This document shows, piece by piece, positions 58,075 to 64,000 of a stretch of 64,000 nt of DNA. A program made the position numbers and the translations under genes. The stretch's first letter is position 1. Every line of letters begins with the position of its first letter. Source of the DNA: Acidimicrobiales bacterium (lineage in GTDB: Bacteria; Actinomycetota; Acidimicrobiia; Acidimicrobiales; Bin134); contig OY762975.1 in the NCBI GenBank assembly GCA_963667085.2, forward strand, positions 2,480,221-2,544,220, written 5' to 3'. The notes beneath the pieces are model-generated. The model made no database searches and was not told the DNA's origin. It saw only the letters and a program-made list of their open reading frames with translations.

Positions 58075-59460
58075 TTGGTAGGCGTGGGGAGGTACGTCAA
58101 CCGCGTTCACGATGGTGTTCTAGGGCCTGAGCCGTACAAGGCGCTGGTGCCCCACGGTATCGCCGGCTGGAGTCCGGAGTTGAGCGAGGGGACGGCCCAG
58201 CGGGTGAAGGCTGCTGGTGATCGAATGTTGGGATTGGCGGCCAGGCTGCCCCAGCATCCTGCATTGGAGTGGTGCCTGAAGCGCTCAGAGGGGATCGCGA
58301 CCAGCGACGTGGAGGGGGTCTCGACGACACTGCGGTCCCTGAGCTTGCTCGAATCGCTTAGGGCCGAGCGCGACCCCGAGCGCCAGAAGCGCGACAGGCA
58401 GGCTCTCGGTGCGGTGCGGCTCGCCGCCCACGCTGTCGCGGTCGGGCGCCGGGGGTCCGACCCTGTGCGCGTCTCCGACCTGAGCGAGATGCATATGCGG
58501 CTGTTTGAGAGTGCCGACGTTCCGCTCGAGCCTGGAAGCCTACGCAGCGACGACATCTGGGTCGGCCCGGAAGGGGCCACACCGCCCGAGGCGCTGTATG
58601 TCGCACCGCCAGCGGAATATGTGCCTGCTCTCTGCGAAGACTTGATGGACTATGTGTCGGCCCACGACCTTGAGCATCCTCTGGCCAAGGCCGCAGTCGC
58701 CCACTTGCAGTTCGAGACGATTCATCCGTACCCCGACGGGAACGGGCGTGTCGGCAGGGCGCTGATCCACTGCGTATTGCAGCGCAACTGGCCGACTGTG
58801 GTGCCCGTGCCGCTCTCGGCTGCGATTGCCGAGCACAAGCAGAGATATTTCGCCGCGTTGCGGCCTTACCAGGCCTACACAGGCGACAGCGAGAGCCAAG
58901 TGCGCGATGCTTGCGCGGAGGCAGCGGTCTCATTTGTGGCCGACGCGGCCACTGTCGCCTGCGATTACGCCGAGTCAGTCGGCTACGCCATAGAGGGCAT
59001 GTTGGCTAAGTGGGATGAACTGGGTTTGAGGTCGCACTCGGCGGCGGTGGCCACGCTGGAAGCGATGGCCACGATGCCCGCCGCGAGCGTCACCTACCTG
59101 ACTGACGCGACGGGCCGCAGCCCCAATTCGGTGAGGCGAGGCCTTCGCAGCCTGGTCTCAGCAGGGGTGGTGGCAGAGACGCGGGACGAGGACACAGGGC
59201 TCAGGGTGTTCGAGGTGCCTGAGCTGCTGAAGGTCGTTGACCATCGCCAAAGGCTCTTGCAAATCTGCTGGCACTCGCACCAAGCAGGTCTGGGACTCTC
59301 GGCAGCCGAGCTCGTCGCCCAGTGGTGCCGGGCCGCCGTTGCGGACGAAGTGGGCCTGCAACCGTTGGCGCGGCAGGGCCGGTGCAGCCATATCGGCGAG
59401 CGCAGCAAAGTCCGATGCACCCAACCGGTAGGCCACACGTTGCCTCACCGCTACACCTAG
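58075..59460 (+). CDS. Fic-family protein (AMPylase-type), N-terminal inhibitory motif, C-terminal winged-helix plus tail
   Basis: 461 aa (TTG 58075 or GTG 58084). Fic motif HPYPDGNGRVGR at 58723-58758. Inhibitory-helix motif TSDVEG, i.e. (S/T)xxxE(G/N), at 58300-58317. Fic_N-like PYKALVPHGI near the N-terminus. Confidence 0.88.
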   Translation: MVGVGRYVNRVHDGVLGPEPYKALVPHGIAGWSPELSEGTAQRVKAAGDRMLGLAARLPQHPALEWCLKRSEGIATSDVEGVSTTLRSLSLLESLRAERDPERQKRDRQALGAVRLAAHAVAVGRRGSDPVRVSDLSEMHMRLFESADVPLEPGSLRSDDIWVGPEGATPPEALYVAPPAEYVPALCEDLMDYVSAHDLEHPLAKAAVAHLQFETIHPYPDGNGRVGRALIHCVLQRNWPTVVPVPLSAAIAEHKQRYFAALRPYQAYTGDSESQVRDACAEAAVSFVADAATVACDYAESVGYAIEGMLAKWDELGLRSHSAAVATLEAMATMPAASVTYLTDATGRSPNSVRRGLRSLVSAGVVAETRDEDTGLRVFEVPELLKVVDHRQRLLQICWHSHQAGLGLSAAELVAQWCRAAVADEVGLQPLARQGRCSHIGERSKVRCTQPVGHTLPHRYT

Positions 59461-59522
59461 CCGTTAAGGCCACGCGGCCCGAGAGGCGGGGTGGCTCATA
59501 GGTGACTAGTTCCCGGTAGGTT

Positions 59523-60716
59523 GTGGCCTCTATGGCGGGGGAGAAGAGCTACTACGTCGATTCGTTCGGGACGATCGAGCTCTCGGCGTTTCGGCAGGGG
59601 AAGTCGCCGTTTGCCCATCGGTATGTGACCGATCAGACGATCTTTGCCTTGTACTGCGATCGGTTGTATCCCCTCAGGCATTCTGAGGACGAGGATCCGA
59701 TTCCCAGCTACTGGAAGCTGCGCAATGGAGTTCTGTTGTACGACGTGCCGGAGATGCCGCTGGAGATTGTTGGGCCCGACGCTGGGCGGCTGTTGGAGCA
59801 GGTGCTCGTGTGCAGTGTGGAAGCGCTCGGGGCAGGCCGGTGCCGCTACGCACTGGCCTGCAATGAGGACGGAACCATGGTGATGGACGGCGTGATCATG
59901 CGGCTGGGGCCGGAGCGCTACTGGTACGTGAAGGCCAATGGCGAGTTCACCACCTGGCTCAGAGCCCATGCCATTGGTATGGATGCCGAGGTCTCTGATC
60001 CGAAGTCACAGGTGCTTCAAATCCAGGGACCGAAGTCGCTCGATGTCCTCAATGCCGCCATGGGCGGAGGCTTGTCGGCCGACTTCCGGTATTTCCGGGC
60101 TGGGTTCTTCGAGCTGGGTGGCCAAACGCTGTGGGTGTCCCGCACGGGATGGACGGGGGAAGTGGGAATTGAGATCTACTGCAACAGCGGTCCAGAACCC
60201 ACCGACCACGATGCCCTGTGGGATCACCTCTTTGCCAGCGGCGAGCCGTTCGGCATGGAGTTCAGCACGTCCACCTCAATGGGAATCCGGCGCATCGAGG
60301 CGGGAATCCTGGACAACGGCAGTGATATCGAGCCCGATCTGACGCCGTTCAGCGCCGGTCTCGGGCACTTCGTCAACTTCGACAAGGGGGATTTCATAGG
60401 TCGGGCCGCACTGGAGACCGCCGACCGCAGCCAACTCCTGTTCGGCCTGATCTGCCCAACCGCGGTGCCAGAAGCGTTCATGAGCGTCCACACCGAGAGC
60501 GGCCCGGTGGGACACATAACGGTCGGCACATGGTCTCCCACGTTGGAAGCAGGCGTGGGCTACATCCGCTTCGGCCAGCCGCTGCCCGGCGGGGACTGGC
60601 TGGGCCAAACGGTCTTCTTGTACGACGGAGATGGAAGGCCCCACGAATCGACGGTGGACTTGCTGCCGTTCATCGACAAGGAGAAGCAGCTGCCTCGGGC
60701 GGTGTGGAGCGGGTGA
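59523..60716 (+). CDS. aminomethyltransferase-family protein (GcvT/DmdA-like)
   Basis: 397 aa (GTG 59523 or ATG 59532) with ...LQIQGPKS... and ...VSRTGWTGEVGIEIY..., typical of the folate-binding GcvT fold. Confidence 0.85.
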   Translation: MASMAGEKSYYVDSFGTIELSAFRQGKSPFAHRYVTDQTIFALYCDRLYPLRHSEDEDPIPSYWKLRNGVLLYDVPEMPLEIVGPDAGRLLEQVLVCSVEALGAGRCRYALACNEDGTMVMDGVIMRLGPERYWYVKANGEFTTWLRAHAIGMDAEVSDPKSQVLQIQGPKSLDVLNAAMGGGLSADFRYFRAGFFELGGQTLWVSRTGWTGEVGIEIYCNSGPEPTDHDALWDHLFASGEPFGMEFSTSTSMGIRRIEAGILDNGSDIEPDLTPFSAGLGHFVNFDKGDFIGRAALETADRSQLLFGLICPTAVPEAFMSVHTESGPVGHITVGTWSPTLEAGVGYIRFGQPLPGGDWLGQTVFLYDGDGRPHESTVDLLPFIDKEKQLPRAVWSG

Positions 60717-60738
60717 GGTTTCCCATGACGGTTCTGCC

Positions 60739-61662
60739 ATGACGGCGCACGACGAGATCAAGGTCGGATTCATGGCCAGCGATGCCCGCACCGCGCCTGC
60801 CCTTGAACAACGACCGATCGATTCGCTCTGGGTGGGCGGCCACGTCGCATCGCCGAATCCGACCCCGGAGGTGATGGTTGCGCTGGCTCGCTTGTCGGCA
60901 GTCACCGAGCGGGTGCGGATCGGCACGTCGATCCTGTTGCTTCCCTTGTACTCGCCCGCCATCGTCGCCAAGCAGATTGCCGACCTCGACCGCGCCTGCG
61001 GGGGCCGGGTGACGCTGGGTGTCGGCATAGGGGGCGAATACCCCGGGGAGTTTCGGGCTACCCAGATTCCGATCACCGAGCGGGGTCGCCGGGCCAATGA
61101 GGCCATCCCGCTCCTGCGGAGGATGTGGACCGCTGAGGAGGTCAGCCACGACGGCGCCTTCTATGCGATGCGCGATGTCAAGATCCATCCGGCACCGCTC
61201 CAGCCGGGCGGGCCGCCGATCATCGTGGCCGGCCGCCAGGAAGCCGCCATGCGCCGAGCCGCGCTCTTGGGGGATGGCTGGATGCCCTACCTGTACTCGC
61301 CTCGGCGGTATGCGGCCTCAGTGGCCACTGTCAAGGCTGCCGCTACCGAGGCCCAACGCGACCTGGCCGATTTCGAGTACTACGCCTTTGTCTTCACCAA
61401 CGTCAACCCCGACGGCGAGGCTGCTCGCCAAGAAGCTGCGACGTTCATGGGCGGCACCTATGACCAGGACTTCCGCCAGATGGTCGACCGGGTGGCCGTC
61501 GCCGGCAAGGTCGAGGAAGTGATCGAGAAGCTGGTGGCCTTCCACGATGCCGGGGCCCGCCACTTCATCTTCTCACTCGCCACCAAGACCAGCCGCCGCG
61601 ATGCCATGATCGACCGCATCCTCGACGATGTGATGCCCGCGGTGCGCGAACAGGTCGGATAA
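60739..61662 (+). CDS. luciferase-like monooxygenase (LLM) family oxidoreductase, probably F420-dependent
   Basis: ORF 60631-61662 trimmed to ATG 60739 (MTAHDEIKVGFMAS). LLM-class pattern with ...RVTLGVGIGGEYPGEF... and ...ANEAIPLLRRMWT... Confidence 0.82.
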   Translation: MTAHDEIKVGFMASDARTAPALEQRPIDSLWVGGHVASPNPTPEVMVALARLSAVTERVRIGTSILLLPLYSPAIVAKQIADLDRACGGRVTLGVGIGGEYPGEFRATQIPITERGRRANEAIPLLRRMWTAEEVSHDGAFYAMRDVKIHPAPLQPGGPPIIVAGRQEAAMRRAALLGDGWMPYLYSPRRYAASVATVKAAATEAQRDLADFEYYAFVFTNVNPDGEAARQEAATFMGGTYDQDFRQMVDRVAVAGKVEEVIEKLVAFHDAGARHFIFSLATKTSRRDAMIDRILDDVMPAVREQVG

Positions 61663-61689
61663 CCCGGACCGCCCTGGGGCTTCAGCCCT

Positions 61690-63006
61690 TCACATGGCTG
61701 AGGTGAAGCCGCCGATCTTGGTGGGGTCGGTGTCGAATGATCGCACCATGGCGTGAACGGAGTAGGAGGCGACGAGGCGGCCGTCTTGGGCGAAGATGCG
61801 GCCCTGGCCTTGTACGTGGCCCTGGCCGGCGTAGATGGCCGGGTTTTCGTAAAGGTGCCAGTCGGCGGCGTCGGCCTCGTCGTGGAAGGCGATGTCCACG
61901 GCCATGGGGCCGGTTGACAGGGTCACGTGGGCCAGCGCTTCAGTGATGCCTTGATGGGGGCGCATCGATGCCCCGATGGTGTAGTGGGTGGTGGCCTGGG
62001 CCAACAGGGCGGCCTGCATGGCCGGGGCCTCGGGCCGGTCTCGGTAGCGCATCCACACGAAGAGCTCCGGGGGCCCCTCATCGTCGGGGTCGAAGTTGTA
62101 GGCCCCGTCCACCACCCGGATATCGCGCCCAATCACACCGAAATCCCGCAGCGGGCAGTCCAGCGGTCCGGGTACATCGGGCATCTCGGCGGTTACCCGG
62201 TAGACGTCTTCGGCACCGCTGTCGAGCAGAACCAACCCCGCCGAGCACAGCTTGTCGTGCTGGACGATGCGAGTCTCCACTGTGGAATAGGTGCGGCCTT
62301 GGCGCAGCACATCCACCTCGACGGCCAGCGGAGCATCAAACCGGGCTGCTCGGGTGAACACCATCGAGGCCGACACCACCCGCTGGTAGGGCACGGTCTT
62401 GGACGCGGCCACAATGGCCTGACCCAAGAGATGGCCACCCTCGATCACCTGGCGGGGTCGCCGGTGGTCGGGAATGTCAAGGAAAGTGCCCAGCGGAGGG
62501 TCGGGGAACGACGGGCTGGTGAAGCGGCCCTCACCGTCGGGCACCACGTCGATGAGGTGGGCCAAGTCTCCCGCGGTGCCCCAGACCGGGAAGGGATAGG
62601 CCACCACCTGGCCGCCATCCTCTTCGACCACCTCAAGGAGTTCGACGTTCACCCGGTCGGTGTAAAAGGCCACATGGCCCTCCAGTCCAGCTACCTCGGG
62701 AAATGGCTGGCGATACGCCCACACCACGTTCTCTTCGGTCTGGTCGCCAACGGTGAGCGACCAGTAGTCGGCCTCGCCCTTGAACGGACACACGGTGTGA
62801 AGATCAGTCTCGGTGAAGTGCTCCCAGGCCACATCGCTGATGGGGAAGTAGAGCTGGTCTTGGTGATCCGACTCCTTGACGATCAGGCAAGCATCGCTCT
62901 CAGCCACCACCACACCGCCCAACTGTGTCCGGCCCCGGCCCGTCCACGGCACCAGGTCGATCACATAGCCGGAATACCGGCCCCACGCTGATTCGATCTT
63001 CCTCAC
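61690..63006 (-). CDS. fusion protein: DUF427 domain + acyl-CoA thioesterase II (TesB-like)
   Basis: 438 aa. The N-terminal ~125 aa read ...QLYFPISDV...CPFKGEADYWSL...VWAYRQPF...HVAFY (DUF427 pattern). The rest has a double-hotdog TesB-like pattern (...EGGHLLGQAIVAA...). Confidence 0.72.
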   Translation of the reverse strand: MRKIESAWGRYSGYVIDLVPWTGRGRTQLGGVVVAESDACLIVKESDHQDQLYFPISDVAWEHFTETDLHTVCPFKGEADYWSLTVGDQTEENVVWAYRQPFPEVAGLEGHVAFYTDRVNVELLEVVEEDGGQVVAYPFPVWGTAGDLAHLIDVVPDGEGRFTSPSFPDPPLGTFLDIPDHRRPRQVIEGGHLLGQAIVAASKTVPYQRVVSASMVFTRAARFDAPLAVEVDVLRQGRTYSTVETRIVQHDKLCSAGLVLLDSGAEDVYRVTAEMPDVPGPLDCPLRDFGVIGRDIRVVDGAYNFDPDDEGPPELFVWMRYRDRPEAPAMQAALLAQATTHYTIGASMRPHQGITEALAHVTLSTGPMAVDIAFHDEADAADWHLYENPAIYAGQGHVQGQGRIFAQDGRLVASYSVHAMVRSFDTDPTKIGGFTSAM

Positions 63007-63050
63007 ATGGAAATCGTAATGGCAACGTCTTGCCTGGTTACGCTCACTCG

Positions 63051-64000
63051 GTGCCTGGGGCGTACAGCCGAACGGATCAGCGGGCCCTGCGGGCGGTCGC
63101 GGTGCAGTTCTTCGTGAACGGTGCTTTGTTCGCCTCCTTCATTCCCCGGCTGCCGGAGATTCGCGACCGCGTCGGGGTCTCAGTGGCCGGTATCGGCGCG
63201 TTGTTGTCGATTGCCGGAATGCTCGGCCTCGCGGGCAGCGCAGGTGCCAGCCATGCGATAGCCCGTGTTGGAACCCGCAACGTGATCCTTATAGCTGGAG
63301 CACTGCTTTCGATGTCATTGGCGGTTGTCGGGCTGGCCACCGTACCGGCGGTGCTATTGCTGGGGCTGTCGCTGATGATGGCCTTCGATGCGCTGGTCGA
63401 CATCGCCATGAACATGCAGGGATCGTGGCTGAGCGCCCGTCGCCACACACCGGTGATGAGTCGGCTCCACGGGTTGTGGAGTCTTGGGGCCCTTGCCGGA
63501 GGAGTGGCTTCTTCGCGGGTAGCGGACGCGGGGGTTTCTCTGTCGGTGCATCTGCTTGTTGTCGCCGGGCTGCTATTGGTCGTCATCGGTGTTGTCGGGA
63601 CAGGTCTTCTTCGGGTCGATGAGACAGCCGCACAGCCCGAGTCTCCGCCAGACCAGGGCGAGCCCGGTGGGATGGCCAGTAGCTCCGGAGCGACCCTGCT
63701 GCTTTTTCTGGTGATCGGTTTCACCGCAGCGGCAATGGAGTCGACCTCTTTCGACTGGGCCGCGTTTCGTCTCACTGACGACCTGGGAACCTCCGCGGGG
63801 TTCGCGGCCTTGGGCTATGCCGCGGTAATGGGGGGCATGACTTTGGGGAGATTCGCTGGCGATTGGGGGAAGGCCCGCCTGGGCCAGGAAAGGCTCAATT
63901 CGCTGTCGGTGGCCATGACCGCGACGGGACTGGCGGTTGCTTCGTTTGTGCCCAATCGGTTCGTCGTCGTTGCGGGGTACCTGCTTGCCGGCCTCGGCAT
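63051..64000 (+). CDS. MFS transporter, C-terminus cut by window edge
   Basis: Absent from the ORF track because there is no stop in the window. My translation from GTG 63051 (or TTG 63030) reads VPGAYSRTDQRALRAVAVQFFVNGALFASFIPRLPEIRDRVGVSVAGIGALLSIAGMLGLAGS... with successive TM helices up to position 64000. Confidence 0.7.
   Translation, partial: MPGAYSRTDQRALRAVAVQFFVNGALFASFIPRLPEIRDRVGVSVAGIGALLSIAGMLGLAGSAGASHAIARVGTRNVILIAGALLSMSLAVVGLATVPAVLLLGLSLMMAFDALVDIAMNMQGSWLSARRHTPVMSRLHGLWSLGALAGGVASSRVADAGVSLSVHLLVVAGLLLVVIGVVGTGLLRVDETAAQPESPPDQGEPGGMASSSGATLLLFLVIGFTAAAMESTSFDWAAFRLTDDLGTSAGFAALGYAAVMGGMTLGRFAGDWGKARLGQERLNSLSVAMTATGLAVASFVPNRFVVVAGYLLAGLG

Noticed and set aside
61927-62991. 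354-aa plus-strand ORF inside the DUF427-thioesterase gene
   Set aside because: It is antisense to a gene with recognisable DUF427 and TesB-like patterns, and its composition is Gly/His/Arg/Val-rich shadow sequence.
63077-63775. 232-aa minus-strand ORF near the window end
   Set aside because: The plus strand here translates into a continuous MFS-type multi-TM protein from 63051 to the window edge. That gene is missing from the track only because it has no stop. The minus ORF is Ser/Pro/Ala/Arg-rich shadow sequence.

Overview
High-GC, almost entirely coding window with about 55 protein genes. I saw no rRNA, tRNA, CRISPR array, transposase or integrase. The flavour is actinobacterial: a furA-katG pair, F420-type enzyme families (DDN-like, LLM), a DUF222/HNH gene, many ATGA/GTGA start-stop overlaps, and several apparently leaderless first genes. 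The ORF track uses ATG/GTG/TTG starts and often over-extends N-termini, so I trimmed starts where overlap logic or N-terminal motifs justified it. Layout: (1) 1-9.9 kb holds two paralogous metallophosphoesterases flanking an orphan solute-binding lipoprotein and a Dabb-like gene, then an epimerase, furA-katG and a P450. (2) 10-27.2 kb is a deaminase-rich purine/nucleoside block. It has two COG0402-type amidohydrolases, two tandem adenine-deaminase paralogs, adenosine deaminase, an acyl-CoA-dehydrogenase-fold flavoprotein, a BMP-family ABC importer, and a lone molybdopterin-hydroxylase large subunit overlapping a glutamine-synthetase-like ligase. (3) 27.2-51.7 kb is catabolic. It has an SDR-DDN fusion, two convergent DUF1214-like paralogs, a TauD/P450/SDR/cupin/VOC/amidohydrolase set, and a ~14-kb co-directional LacI-headed gene string. 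That string carries a HisD-like dehydrogenase, SDR, bicupin, a sugar-type ABC transporter, a MetE-like protein, three double-NTF2 paralogs and a mutarotase-like gene. A duplicated promoter/operator motif precedes it. (4) 51.7-59.5 kb is the most unusual part: a macro-domain gene, a DUF222-HNH gene, a McrBC-type pair and a Fic protein. The McrB subunit is ~1060 aa, with roughly 740-780 aa of mostly unassignable sequence ahead of the GTPase core. (5) 59.5-64 kb holds a GcvT-like aminomethyltransferase, an LLM oxidoreductase, a DUF427-thioesterase fusion and a partial MFS transporter. All functional calls come from motif recognition by eye; no searches or computations were run.
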